Below are positions 45,793-55,638 of a stretch of 64,000 nt of DNA, piece after piece; position 1 is the first letter of the stretch, and every line of letters begins with the position of its first letter. Source of the DNA: Gammaproteobacteria bacterium (lineage in GTDB: Bacteria; Pseudomonadota; Gammaproteobacteria; Eutrophobiales; Eutrophobiaceae); contig CBDCDS010000003.1 of NCBI GenBank assembly GCA_965215365.1, positions 992,001 to 1,056,000 of the forward strand, in the 5' to 3' direction. Under the pieces are notes generated by a model. The model was not told the DNA's origin, made no database searches, and saw only the letters and a program-made list of their open reading frames with translations. Position numbers and translations under genes: made by a program.

Positions 45793-46599
45793 TCAATTTG
45801 ATTCCGTGTTGACCTCGTTGATCGGATTGCTCAGCACATCGCCGAGGCTGCCGGGACTGCCGCTCCCGTCCTGACCATTCCCCCGACCATTCCTGCCGCA
45901 CTTGCCGGTTTGATCGTCTGATACAGTGATTGCGCTCCAGCGCCCGCAGTTGACCTTTCCGTTTGCCTTGATCTGTGCGCCACCACGCACCACCGCAGTT
46001 CCAAAAACTTCTGCATAGTCAGAAACATAACTACCTGTACCCGTAACCTTCGCATCCCCGTAAACCTTTGCGTCGATGCGGGCGCCATTCAGGATTTTTG
46101 CATTGCCGAAAACTTCTCCCCCCTTGACCCAGGCAGAATCCACTCTGGCATTGCCATAAACTCGGGCCATATCCGCAACGAGGCCGTTGCCAAGGATAAC
46201 CGCATTGCCGGATACCTGGGCGCCATCGGATACCGTGGAGTTAACCACTCTGGCATTGCCATAAACTCGGGCATTCGCAACGAGGCTATTGCCGCGGACA
46301 ACCGCATTGCCGGATACCTGGGCGCCATCAGATACCTGGGAGTTAATCACTCTGGCATTGCCGCAAACGGTTGACAAGGGTCCAACATAGACGGCACTAC
46401 CCACCTGTGCCGTGCCGGCAACCCAACCGCCCCCATTGGGATGAGGCGCGCCCTGAGTTTCCGTCCCGCAAGCTGCAACCGGTCCACTATGGCCACCTGC
46501 ACAACCGCCGGCAAGCTGATCTGCCGTATCGCAAGCTGCAGCCAGCCTACCTGCCAGCGTCAAGGCGATAAATATCGTGGTGAAAAGTTTTAATTGCAT
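45793..46599 (-). CDS. Secreted beta-helix repeat protein, paralog 1
   Basis: Signal peptide, HPNGGGWVA, [VI]xGNAxV repeats, VNCGRW..DDQTGKCG; GGAG RBS. Confidence 0.8.
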   Translation of the reverse strand: MQLKLFTTIFIALTLAGRLAAACDTADQLAGGCAGGHSGPVAACGTETQGAPHPNGGGWVAGTAQVGSAVYVGPLSTVCGNARVINSQVSDGAQVSGNAVVRGNSLVANARVYGNARVVNSTVSDGAQVSGNAVILGNGLVADMARVYGNARVDSAWVKGGEVFGNAKILNGARIDAKVYGDAKVTGTGSYVSDYAEVFGTAVVRGGAQIKANGKVNCGRWSAITVSDDQTGKCGRNGRGNGQDGSGSPGSLGDVLSNPINEVNTESN

Positions 46600-46656
46600 T
46601 AGAATTCTCCGAATGCAATAGCAGGGCATTGCATCTATTTATTCGTCAATATTATA

Positions 46657-46682
46657 GGCAACCTCGTGTAATAGAGGTGCCC
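46657..46682. repeat. MITE family B, minimal 26-bp form
   Basis: GGCAACCTC-gtgtaata-GAGGTGCCC flanked by TATA on both sides. Confidence 0.65.
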
Positions 46683-46686
46683 TATA

Positions 46687-46837
46687 GGTAACCTCTAAAA
46701 ATACCCTCCGTGGTATTTTTAGAGACGGAAATGAAAAAGTATGATTTTTCATTTCCTTCATTTTCAGTCACTTACGTGACTAAAAATGGCAGCACATCCC
46801 TGTGCTGCACGGTCACCTCTAATTAATAGAGGTGACC
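46687..46837. mobile_element. MITE family B, full 151-bp copy
   Basis: GGTAACCTCT...AGAGGTGACC with a TATA duplication; near-identical to 14465-14615. Confidence 0.9.
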
Positions 46838-47505
46838 TATAATGAATCCGATTGGGTATTGACCTCGCTGATCGGATTGCTCAGCATATCGCCGATGTCG
46901 CCAAGGCTGTCGGAACTGCCGCTTCGGTCTTGTCGGTGTTTGCCATTTTTACCACACTTGCCGGTTTGATCGTCGAATATTTCGATGCCGCTCCAGCGCC
47001 CGCAGTTGACCTTTCCATGGGCTCTAATCACTGCTCCACCACGTACCACCGCACTTCCAAAAACTTCAGTATTTTCAAAGACATAAGTATCTCTTCCCAC
47101 AACTTTGGCATTCCCGTAAATGTTTGCGCTGAGGCCATAGACGCGCGCGCCATCCAGGATCTTTGCATTACCGTAAACTTGCCCCCAGACCGTGGAATCA
47201 ATGACTCTGGCATTGCCATAAACATGAGCGCTACCATGAATGTTGCTATAGCCACGGACAACCGCATTGCCGGATACTCTGGCGCTGTTGGATACCACGG
47301 TTGTGCCAGACACTTTGGCATTGCCACAAACAGTTGCTCCGGCCTCGACATAGACGGTACTTTCAACCTTTGCTGTGTCGGCAACCCAGCCGCCCCCATT
47401 GGGATGATATGCGCCTGGGGTACCTCCCGTTTCGGAGCAAGCTACAGCCGGCCCGCTTGCCAGCGTCAGGGCGGTCAATACCACGGGTAAAAGTTTTAGT
47501 TTCAT
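46837..47505 (-). CDS. Secreted beta-helix repeat protein, paralog 2
   Basis: Same motifs as paralogs 1 and 3. Confidence 0.8.
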   Translation of the reverse strand: MKLKLLPVVLTALTLASGPAVACSETGGTPGAYHPNGGGWVADTAKVESTVYVEAGATVCGNAKVSGTTVVSNSARVSGNAVVRGYSNIHGSAHVYGNARVIDSTVWGQVYGNAKILDGARVYGLSANIYGNAKVVGRDTYVFENTEVFGSAVVRGGAVIRAHGKVNCGRWSGIEIFDDQTGKCGKNGKHRQDRSGSSDSLGDIGDMLSNPISEVNTQSDSL

Positions 47506-47638
47506 TAAAATTCCCCAAGTGCCAACAGGTTTGAGGCATTCCTAAAAATCAGATGCCACTTGGCGGCAATTATACTAAAATGACCAGGAAAAGTCAATCC
47601 TGAACATACTCTGACCCCGCATATCCCGGACCAACACA

Positions 47639-48226
47639 TTGAAAGCCATCGAACGCCTGCTGAACAATCTACTGCGCCGGGACCCGGAAACCCTGGACAA
47701 ACTAGCCAGCCTGTCCGGCAAGGTGATCCGGCTGCAACTGCTTAATACGGCACAGCCCATTACCAGTCTGCACCTTGAAACGCACGGCATCCGCATCGAG
47801 ACGGACGCCGCCGGTGAGGGGGATGTCCTCATTCGGGGCACGCCGCTCAATCTGCTGGCCTACCTGCGCGCCGCCGCAGCCGGCGGCGCGGCACTCAGCA
47901 GCAACCTGGAGATCAGGGGTGATCTGGGCCTGGCGCAGGATTTCCAACGCCTGCTGCGCGGCTTCGATCCGGACTTGGAAGAACAGTTGGCGCGTTACCT
48001 CGGTGACACCCTGGCGCGCAAGACCGCCAATCTGGCGCGCGCCGGCGTCGGTTTCCTGCGCCAGTTGCAGCACAAGGTTGAACTGGACTTGGGCGAATAC
48101 GCTCTGTATGAAACCGAAACACTGCCGGAGCGGGACGAGATAGAGCGCTTCAACCACGCGGTGGATACGTTACGCGATGATGTAGAGCGTCTCAAGCAAA
48201 GAGTTGATCGACTATGCTCACTATAG
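47639..48226 (+). CDS. ubiJ: Ubiquinone biosynthesis accessory factor
   Basis: SCP2-like region (LEIRGD..LAQ), DLEE.L...GD, C-terminal LRDDVERL; upstream of ubiB. Confidence 0.88.
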   Translation: MKAIERLLNNLLRRDPETLDKLASLSGKVIRLQLLNTAQPITSLHLETHGIRIETDAAGEGDVLIRGTPLNLLAYLRAAAAGGAALSSNLEIRGDLGLAQDFQRLLRGFDPDLEEQLARYLGDTLARKTANLARAGVGFLRQLQHKVELDLGEYALYETETLPERDEIERFNHAVDTLRDDVERLKQRVDRLCSL

Positions 48227-49872
48227 GCCAACTGTTCAGATTGTTAGCCATCCAGCGCGTGCTGGTGAAACACGGCCTGGATGAGCTGGTGTTTACCCTG
48301 CGCCTGTTCCAATCGGTCAGGTGGTTGCAACGCCTGTTGCCTTGGAACTGGTGGCGGCGGCTGGATGCGTCCCGGGGTGTCAGGCTGCGGCTGGCACTGG
48401 AAGATCTGGGGCCGATTTACGTCAAGTTCGGCCAGTTGCTATCAACCCGGCGCGATATGCTGCCGGACGACATTGCCCTGGAATTGGCCAAGCTGCAAGA
48501 CAAAGTGCCGCCGTTTCCGGGCTCTCAGGCCCGGGCCATCGTCGAACGTTCGCTGGGAAAGAAGATAGAGGAGATATTTCAGGCGTTCGATGAAACGCCG
48601 CTGGCATCGGCTTCGGTGGCCCAGGTACATGCCGCCACGCTGCATGACGGCCGCGCTATGATCGTGAAGGTGATACGCCCGCAGATAAAGAAGGTCATCA
48701 GCAGCGATCTCGGTATCATCCACCTGCTGGCGGAGACCCTGGAACGTTATTCCCGGGATGCACGGCGGTTAAAGCCCACCGCCGTCGTGGATGAGTTTGA
48801 AAAAACTCTGGTAAACGAGCTCGACCTGATGGGGGAAGCGGCTTCGGCGTCGCAGTTGCGCCGTAATTTTGCCAACTCGGAGGTGTTATACGTCCCGGAT
48901 GTGGTATGGGAGTTGACCGGCCGGGATGTGATGGTGATGGAACGCGTCAGCGGCATACCCATCAACGACTTGGAGGCGCTGCGACAGGCGGGTGTGAATT
49001 TGCAGTGGCTGGCCGAGCGCGGCGTGGAAACTTTCTTCACCCAGGTGTTTCGCGACAGCTTCTTCCATGCCGATATGCACCCCGGTAACATCTTCGTGCA
49101 GCCGCAGGAAGGGGGGCGGGCGCGCATCATGATGGTGGATTTCGGCATTATGAGCTCGCTCAGCGAATACGACCAGCGGTATCTGGCGGATAACTTCCTG
49201 GCTTTTCTGAACCGTGACTACCGGCGGGTCGCCGAACTGCACATCGAGTCTGGCTGGGTGCCGCCGGATACCCGCGTGGATGAGTTTGAGTTCGCCATTC
49301 GCACCGTCTGCGAACCCATGTTTGACCGCCCCATGAGGGAGATGTCCATCGGCACTCTGCTGTTGCGCTTGTTCCAGACAGCGCAGCGGTTCAATATGAG
49401 GATCCTGCCGCAACTGTTGCTGTTACAGAAAACCCTGGTCAGCGTCGAAGGACTGGGGCGCCAGCTGTACCCCGACCTGGACCTGTGGGCTACGGCCAAA
49501 CCCATTATGCAACGCTGGATGGACAATCGCATCGGTGCCCGCGCCTTGCTGAAAAGTGCCCGGGACAGCGTTCCCTACTGGGTCAACCGCCTGCCCCAGT
49601 TCCCGCACAAGGTGATGGAGCTGGTGGACCGCCTGCATGACGGCAGGTTGCAGGTGGAACTCAAGTATGGCAGCGATGAGTTACGCGAAGAGATCCGCAG
49701 GTACGGAAAGAGCAATGCCCGTCTGGTTATAGGCTGTGTCCTGCTGCTGGTGGCGCTGGCATTCTATCTGATCGGCCCGCGCACCTGGCTGCTGAGCAGC
49801 TTCCCCCTGCTACCCCTGCTGTTCGGCATCGCCGGCGGCTGGCTGGTGATGAAGGTGTTGAACGAGTTGTAG
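48214..49872 (+). CDS. ubiB: Ubiquinone biosynthesis kinase-like protein
   Basis: LGPIYVKFGQ.LSTR.D, ASASVAQVH, VKV.RP, FFHADMHPGN, DFG. Confidence 0.97.
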   Translation: MLTIGQLFRLLAIQRVLVKHGLDELVFTLRLFQSVRWLQRLLPWNWWRRLDASRGVRLRLALEDLGPIYVKFGQLLSTRRDMLPDDIALELAKLQDKVPPFPGSQARAIVERSLGKKIEEIFQAFDETPLASASVAQVHAATLHDGRAMIVKVIRPQIKKVISSDLGIIHLLAETLERYSRDARRLKPTAVVDEFEKTLVNELDLMGEAASASQLRRNFANSEVLYVPDVVWELTGRDVMVMERVSGIPINDLEALRQAGVNLQWLAERGVETFFTQVFRDSFFHADMHPGNIFVQPQEGGRARIMMVDFGIMSSLSEYDQRYLADNFLAFLNRDYRRVAELHIESGWVPPDTRVDEFEFAIRTVCEPMFDRPMREMSIGTLLLRLFQTAQRFNMRILPQLLLLQKTLVSVEGLGRQLYPDLDLWATAKPIMQRWMDNRIGARALLKSARDSVPYWVNRLPQFPHKVMELVDRLHDGRLQVELKYGSDELREEIRRYGKSNARLVIGCVLLLVALAFYLIGPRTWLLSSFPLLPLLFGIAGGWLVMKVLNEL

Positions 49873-50045
49873 CTGCTCTGTAGCCCCGGTCTTGCGTCTG
49901 GCTTCTTCCAGATCATAGTCGTCCTGCAATCCCAGCCAGAACTTTTCACTGCTTAGCCACCTGTCTTACCTAATGATAATCAACGATTTCAACCTGGTAC
50001 GCATTGCCTTGTCGCCAGATAAAACAAATTCGGTACCGATCATTC
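49873..50045 (-). pseudogene. higBA toxin-antitoxin relic
   Basis: Minus strand reads NDRYRICFIWRQGNAYQVEIVDYH* (HigB tail), then GTG and SEKFWLGLQDDYDLEEAR (HigA tail). Confidence 0.8.
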
Positions 50046-50078
50046 GTGGATTATAACGCCAGGCGTTAGACAAAATAA

Positions 50079-50106
50079 GGTCACCTCGTGTTTGTGAGAG
50101 GCACCC
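50079..50106. repeat. MITE family B, minimal form
   Basis: GGTCACCTC-gtgtttgtga-GAGGCACCC. Confidence 0.6.
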
Positions 50107-50151
50107 TTATACAGCAAAAATCAGCTGGCGCCTCTTATCTGCCTGTCAATT

Positions 50152-50760
50152 TTATTCCGATTCGGTGTTGACTTCGTTGATCGGATTACTCAGCCTATCG
50201 CCGAGGCTGTCGGAACTGCCGCTTCTGTCTTGTCGGTCCCGGCCATTCCTGCCGCATTTGCCGGTTTGATCGTCGAATACTTCGATTCCGCGCCAGCGCC
50301 CGCAGTTGACCTTTCCGTTTGCCTTGATCTGTGCGCCACCACGCACCAACGCAGTTCCAAAAACTTCCCCCACGACCCAGGCAGAATCCACTCTGGCATT
50401 GCCATAAACCCGGGCCGTATCCGCAACGAGGCTATTTCCACGGATGACCGCATCGCCGGATACCTGGGCGCCATTGACTACTGTGGAGTTAACCACTCTG
50501 GCATTGCCATAAACCCGGGCCGTATCCGCAACGAGGCTGTTTCCACGGATAACCGCATTGCCGGATACTCTGGCATTGTCGCAAACAGTTGATCCGGGCC
50601 CGACATAGACGGTACTGTCAACTTGTGCTGTGTCGGCAACCCAGCCGCCCCCATTGGGATGATATGCGCCCGCGGGACCTCCCGTCTCGGAGCAAGCCGC
50701 AGCCGGCCTCCCTACCAGCATTAAGGTGACAAATACCAAATAAAAAAGTTTTAGTTTCAT
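50152..50760 (-). CDS. Secreted beta-helix repeat protein, paralog 3
   Basis: Same motifs; internal near-identical repeat with a 105-bp period. Confidence 0.8.
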   Translation of the reverse strand: MKLKLFYLVFVTLMLVGRPAAACSETGGPAGAYHPNGGGWVADTAQVDSTVYVGPGSTVCDNARVSGNAVIRGNSLVADTARVYGNARVVNSTVVNGAQVSGDAVIRGNSLVADTARVYGNARVDSAWVVGEVFGTALVRGGAQIKANGKVNCGRWRGIEVFDDQTGKCGRNGRDRQDRSGSSDSLGDRLSNPINEVNTESE

Positions 50761-50879
50761 CAAAATTCTCCAAGCGCCAACAGCTTTGAGGCATGCCAAC
50801 GGTTACCCCTGAAAATTAGTAGCCACTTGACGGTAATTGTACCAGAATGATCAGGAAATGTCCACCCGGACACCCGGAC

Positions 50880-51004
50880 ACCCGGCGCGATATGCTGCCG
50901 GACGACATTGCCCTGGAACGTTATTCCCGGGATACATGGCGCGGTTAAAGCCCACCGCCGTTGTGGATGAGTTTGAGTTCGCCATTCACACCGTCTGCGA
51001 ACCC
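50880..51004 (+). pseudogene. Collapsed duplicate of ubiB (three fused fragments)
   Basis: Matches ubiB 48445-48483, 48737-48800 and 49276-49317 in order. Confidence 0.9.
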
Positions 51005-51023
51005 TAACCCGCATATCTCGCCA
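51005..51023. repeat. MITE family A, single terminal repeat
   Basis: TAACCCGCATATCTCGCCA. Confidence 0.65.
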
Positions 51024-51088
51024 GGTGATGCGAAGCTCGAAATGAAATATCGGTAGCCATCACCGAATTTTCATGGTAGTATAAAACC

Positions 51089-52240
51089 ATGATAGTTCGA
51101 GACAAGCATGCCGAAGAAATTATCAGACGCCTTGGAAACTTCGAGGTCGTCGCTATCTTAGGGCCACGCCAGATTGGCAAAACCACCTTGGCACGGCAGG
51201 TGGCCGAACGCTATCACACGCAGACCCACCACTTTGACTTGGAGGACCCTGCGGCGCTTTCCCGACTTGAAGGAGATGCCAAATTCACACTGCAACATCT
51301 GAAGGGGTTGGTCATTATCGACGAGATACAGCGCTTGGCCGACCTGTTTCCAGTGCTTCGAGTGCTGTCTGACCGCAGACCGGGGCCGGCGCGTTTTCTG
51401 GTTCTGGGCAGCGCCTCACCGAACCTGTTGAGACAATCCTCCGAGTCGCTTGCCGGCCGTATCAACTACTACGAACTGGGCGGACTGGGGCTGGATGAAA
51501 CGGGTCATAACCGGCTTGACCGGCGTTGGCTGCGCGGCGGTTTTCCGAAGGCCTACCTGGCCAGGTCGGACCGGGACTGCTTTGAATGGCTGGAGAGCTT
51601 TACCCGGACTTTCATCGAACGTGATCTGGCACAACTCGGTGTGCAAACACCGGGCACGACCCTGCGCCGTTTCTGGGCGATGCTGGCACACCGGCATGGT
51701 CAAATCTGGAACTCGTCGGAGTTTGCCCGTTCCTTCGGTGTTGCCGACACAACTGTGCGCCGCTACCTTGACATTCTTACCGACGCGCTGGTCGTCAGAC
51801 AACTGGCGCCCTGGTTTGCGAACCTGAAAAAGCGCCAGGTCAAAGCGCCAAAAGTTTATCTCAGGGATGCGGGACTGGTACACTCCCTGCTTGGTATCAG
51901 CGATGCCGGGACCCTGGACGCACATCCAGCGCGGGGCAGCACCTGGGAAGGCTTGTTGCTGGAGTTGGTTATGGACCAACTCAGGGGGCCGGGCCGGGAA
52001 TTTTATTACTGGCGCACCCATACCGGTGCGGAACTCGACCTGTTCATGCCCTCGGCACGGGCGCGGCTGGGCGTCGAGATCAAGTTATCTTCGGCGCCGA
52101 TAATCACCCCCTCAATGCGCCACGCCATGACAGATCTCGAACTTACGGAATTAGTCGTGGTACATGCCGGCGAGGAATCCTATCCCTTAGGCGAGAAAAT
52201 ACGTGCCGTAGCGGCCCGACGTTTGTTGACGGATTTGTAG
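51089..52240 (+). CDS. AAA+ ATPase (AAA_14) with DUF4143 domain
   Basis: GPRQIGKTT, IIDEIQ, LGSAS, ESLAGR, KAPKVY.RD.G, E.D....EIK. Confidence 0.92.
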   Translation: MIVRDKHAEEIIRRLGNFEVVAILGPRQIGKTTLARQVAERYHTQTHHFDLEDPAALSRLEGDAKFTLQHLKGLVIIDEIQRLADLFPVLRVLSDRRPGPARFLVLGSASPNLLRQSSESLAGRINYYELGGLGLDETGHNRLDRRWLRGGFPKAYLARSDRDCFEWLESFTRTFIERDLAQLGVQTPGTTLRRFWAMLAHRHGQIWNSSEFARSFGVADTTVRRYLDILTDALVVRQLAPWFANLKKRQVKAPKVYLRDAGLVHSLLGISDAGTLDAHPARGSTWEGLLLELVMDQLRGPGREFYYWRTHTGAELDLFMPSARARLGVEIKLSSAPIITPSMRHAMTDLELTELVVVHAGEESYPLGEKIRAVAARRLLTDL

Positions 52241-52243
52241 CTG

Positions 52244-53554
52244 CTACTCCGTGTCAGCGCCCAGTATCTGCAAGCCCTTGAGCAGGTTCAGGGCTTGTTG
52301 CAGGTCGTAGTCTTCGGCGAGGAGCGCGGTGGTTTCCTGTGCCGTGTCCGCGGCCTCGTCGGTTGCTTCCGGGGTTTCCCCGTTTTCGTTATCCAGGCGT
52401 TGTCTGAGGTTGTCTTCGGTGACGGGCAGCGCTTCCTCAACTGCCAGGGATTCGACCTTCACCCGGCTCAGGGTGATGTCGGGTTCGATGCCGTAAACCT
52501 GTATAGAGCGGCCTGAGGGCGTGTAATAACGGGCGGTAGTCAGTTTCAGCGCGGCGTTGGAAACCGGTAGCACGGTCTGTACCGAACCTTTGCCGAAGGT
52601 CTTGTGTCCCATGATGATGCCGCGCTGGTGATCCTGCAGGGCGCCTGCTACGATCTCTGAGGCGGACGCCGAGCCGGCGTTCACTAGTGCCACGATGGGC
52701 GCGCCGTCTAGCAGGTCAATGGGTTTGGCGTCGAAACTCAGTTTTGAATCGTCCACCCGGCCTTCCGTGTAAACGATCAGGCCCGAGTCCAGGAACAGGT
52801 CGGCCACACCCACGGCCGAGCTCAGGATGCCGCCGGGATTGTTGCGCATATCCAGAATCAAGCCATGCAGTTGGCCGCCGTTGTCCTGCTTCAGTTGTTG
52901 CAGTGCAGCCCTGGCGTCTTCCCCGGTGCGGGACTGGAAGTGCGAGATGCGCAGGTAGCCGAAGCCCGGCTCCAAGGTCCTGGTGCGGACGCTTTTGACC
53001 TTGATCACGTCTCTGGTAATGGTCACTTTCAGCGGTTTTTCCGCGCCGTCCCGGATAATGGTCAGGGTGATGTCGGTGCCCGGCTCGCCCCTCATGCGCG
53101 CCACCGCGTCGTTCAGGGACATTCCTTTTACCGGCGTTTCATCCAGACGGATGACCAGGTCGCCGGCCTGCAAGCCCGCTTGCTGCGCCGGGGTATCGTC
53201 AATGGGTGAGATGACTTTGATGAACCCGTCTTCCATGCCCACCTCGATACCGAGGCCGCCGAACTCGCCGGTAGTCCCTTCCTGCAGGTCCAGGTAGGCT
53301 TCCTCATCTAGGTAGCTCGAATGCGGGTCCAGGCCTTGCAGCATGCCCCGGATAGCATCTTCCAGCAGGGCCTTGTCCTCGACCTCTTCCACGTAGTCTT
53401 GCTTGATCCTGGCAAATACCTCCGCAAACGCCCGGATCTCATCGACAGGCAGTTCTCCCGGCCCGGTAGCCGCCGGCACTTCTGCGCGCGCCGGTAGCGC
53501 GATGACCAACAGGCAGCAGCCAATGGCTCTAATTAGATTCGTGTTCATACCCAA
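52244..53554 (-). CDS. ctpA: S41 carboxyl-terminal processing protease
   Basis: LDPHS, PDZ GLGI, LDMRNNPGG, SASASEIVAGALQD, TFGKGSVQ. Confidence 0.95.
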   Translation of the reverse strand: MGMNTNLIRAIGCCLLVIALPARAEVPAATGPGELPVDEIRAFAEVFARIKQDYVEEVEDKALLEDAIRGMLQGLDPHSSYLDEEAYLDLQEGTTGEFGGLGIEVGMEDGFIKVISPIDDTPAQQAGLQAGDLVIRLDETPVKGMSLNDAVARMRGEPGTDITLTIIRDGAEKPLKVTITRDVIKVKSVRTRTLEPGFGYLRISHFQSRTGEDARAALQQLKQDNGGQLHGLILDMRNNPGGILSSAVGVADLFLDSGLIVYTEGRVDDSKLSFDAKPIDLLDGAPIVALVNAGSASASEIVAGALQDHQRGIIMGHKTFGKGSVQTVLPVSNAALKLTTARYYTPSGRSIQVYGIEPDITLSRVKVESLAVEEALPVTEDNLRQRLDNENGETPEATDEAADTAQETTALLAEDYDLQQALNLLKGLQILGADTE

Positions 53555-53565
53555 CTTATATCATC

Positions 53566-55128
53566 TCATCTCAGCCTGAACAAGGCGTTGCCGGTCATCT
53601 CCGGCGGCTTTTCCATGTCCATGAGGTACAACAGGGTGGGTACCACATCGCACAGGGCTGCGCTGGCGCTGGGCATCACTTCTGCCGGACGGCCCACATA
53701 CAGGAACGGCACCAGATTTTCCGTGTGCGCGGTATGCGCCTGCCCGTTGCTTTTTTCCGTGATGAACGAGCGCATCTGCTCGGCATTGCCGTGATCGGAG
53801 GTGAGTAGCAGTTCGCCGCCGACGCGCCGGGTCTGCTCAAGGATTTGACCGAGGCAGGCATCGATGGTTTCGACGGCCTTGACGGCCGCGTCGAAGTCGC
53901 CGGTATGCCCCACCATGTCTGCATTGGCGTAGTTACAGATGATCACGTCAAATTTTTCCGAAGCAATTGCCGCAGTCAGACGCGCCGTGACCTCCGGCGC
54001 GCTCATCTCCGGACACAGGTCGTAGGTAGCCACGTGCGGGGAGGGTACCAGGATGCGTTCCTCACCGTTGAACACGCGCTCCTCCCCACCGTTAAAGAAG
54101 AACGTAACGTGGGCATATTTTTCTGTTTCCGCGATGCGCAGCTGCCTCAGGCCCGCTGCGGCCAGATACTCACCCAGCACGTTGTTCAGGCGGGCCGGGG
54201 GGAACAGCGCCGGAAAATCAAAGTCCGCGCGGTATTCCGTCATGCTGATGAACGCGCCCAGGTCTATCGGTGCGCCACGCTCAAACGCGTCGAACTGCGT
54301 GGCGCTGAACGCCTCGGCCAGTTGCCGGGCCCGATCGGCCCGATAGTTACTGAAGATGACCACATCGCCGGCCTCGACCCGCGCCGCGCGGCCGCCTCGG
54401 GGTAAAATCGCAGTCGGCTTCACAAACTCGTCCGTCTCGCCGCGGATGTAGGCCAGCTCCACTGCGCTGAACGCATCGACCGCCTGGTACTCGGCCGCCG
54501 CCGCGGTGATCAGCCGGTAGGCGACCTCAGTCCGCTCCCAGTGCTGGTTGCGGTCCATGGCATAATAGCGCCCGACTACGCTGGCAAAGCGGCCCTTGCC
54601 CAGTTCCTGCATTTTCAGGTGTGTCTCATCTAGGTACGCTCCCGCGCTTTTGGGTGGCGTATCCCGACCGTCTAGGAACGCATGCAGGTACAGCTCGCGC
54701 ACATCATATTGCGCGGCAAACTCCAGCAGGGCAAAGATATGCTCCTGGTGGTTGTGCACCCCGCCCGGTGACAGCAGGCCCATGATATGTACTGCGCGCC
54801 CGTTACGCGCGGCGCTGCCCAGAGCTTCCTTAAGTACCGGGTTTGCAAAAAAAGACCGGTCCTCAATCGCCTTGGTAATACGACTGAACTCCTGGTCAAC
54901 GATACGCCCGGAGCCGATATTCATGTGGCCCGTTTCCGAGTTCCCCATCTGGCGCGTCGGCAGGCCCACATCCGGGCCGGATGCGTTCAGCAGGGTATGG
55001 GGATAGTTGTCCCATAACTGGTCCCACACCGGTTTGCTGGCACTGTGGATGGCGTTATAAGCGGTGGCTTCGGAATAACCCCAACCATCTAGGATGAGCA
55101 ATACCATAGGGCGATGAGACAGGCGCAT
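53566..55128 (-). CDS. gpmI: 2,3-BPG-independent phosphoglycerate mutase
   Basis: LLILDGWG, MGNSETGH, DGRD, GRYYAMDR, AETEKYAHVT, DHGNAE. Confidence 0.98.
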   Translation of the reverse strand: MRLSHRPMVLLILDGWGYSEATAYNAIHSASKPVWDQLWDNYPHTLLNASGPDVGLPTRQMGNSETGHMNIGSGRIVDQEFSRITKAIEDRSFFANPVLKEALGSAARNGRAVHIMGLLSPGGVHNHQEHIFALLEFAAQYDVRELYLHAFLDGRDTPPKSAGAYLDETHLKMQELGKGRFASVVGRYYAMDRNQHWERTEVAYRLITAAAAEYQAVDAFSAVELAYIRGETDEFVKPTAILPRGGRAARVEAGDVVIFSNYRADRARQLAEAFSATQFDAFERGAPIDLGAFISMTEYRADFDFPALFPPARLNNVLGEYLAAAGLRQLRIAETEKYAHVTFFFNGGEERVFNGEERILVPSPHVATYDLCPEMSAPEVTARLTAAIASEKFDVIICNYANADMVGHTGDFDAAVKAVETIDACLGQILEQTRRVGGELLLTSDHGNAEQMRSFITEKSNGQAHTAHTENLVPFLYVGRPAEVMPSASAALCDVVPTLLYLMDMEKPPEMTGNALFRLR

Positions 55129-55184
55129 AGCGGGTCGGTCAGTTACAAGTCTTGTTTGCGCCTGCGGTTTCGGCGCAGTGTGAA

Positions 55185-55388
55185 TTACAGGAGTTTATCA
55201 AAAACACCGAGGGCGATGAGCAGGCCCACACCGATAAGCAGCATATCGACTTTCGCCTTGAGAACGGTGACATCATGTCTCAGCGAAGTGACGTCAACCT
55301 TGTAGTGATCGATCTCTTCTGCGGCATTTGTCGCCGTGGTTTCAGATACTTTCGCTTCAATCAGCGCCTTGTAAAGTAGTGTACTCAT
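55185..55388 (-). CDS. Small coiled-coil / tail-anchor protein, tandem copy 2 (67 aa)
   Basis: MSTLLYKALIEAKVSE...KVDMLLIGVGLLIALGVFDKLL; paralog next door. Confidence 0.75.
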   Translation of the reverse strand: MSTLLYKALIEAKVSETTATNAAEEIDHYKVDVTSLRHDVTVLKAKVDMLLIGVGLLIALGVFDKLL

Positions 55389-55455
55389 GGTATTTTTCCC
55401 TGATTCGAGCAGAGGCTCTCCTAGTTGTCGCCCGCTATTCCGGTGCAGTGTGAGT

Positions 55456-55638
55456 TCAGAGGAGTTTATCGAAAACTCCGAGGGCGATGAGCAGACCCAC
55501 ACCGATGAGCAGCATATCGACTTTGGTTTTGAGCGCGGCTACGTCACGCTTATAGCTATCAAGCTCTGCTGCGGCCTTTGTCGCGGTCGCTTCAGATACC
55601 TTCGCTTCAATCATCGCTTTGTAAAATAGTGTGCTCAT
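55456..55638 (-). CDS. Small coiled-coil / tail-anchor protein, tandem copy 1 (60 aa)
   Basis: MSTLFYKAMIEAKVSE...KVDMLLIGVGLLIALGVFDKLL. Confidence 0.75.
   Translation of the reverse strand: MSTLFYKAMIEAKVSEATATKAAAELDSYKRDVAALKTKVDMLLIGVGLLIALGVFDKLL

Noticed and set aside
46540-50760. Lipoprotein call for the beta-helix paralogs
   Set aside because: AxA-C fits signal peptidase I cleavage; the -3 residue is Ala rather than the usual lipobox L/V/I
45793-51004. Diversity-generating retroelement behind the paralogs or the ubiB fragments
   Set aside because: No reverse transcriptase in the window, and the differences are not adenine-specific; duplication plus deletion explains them
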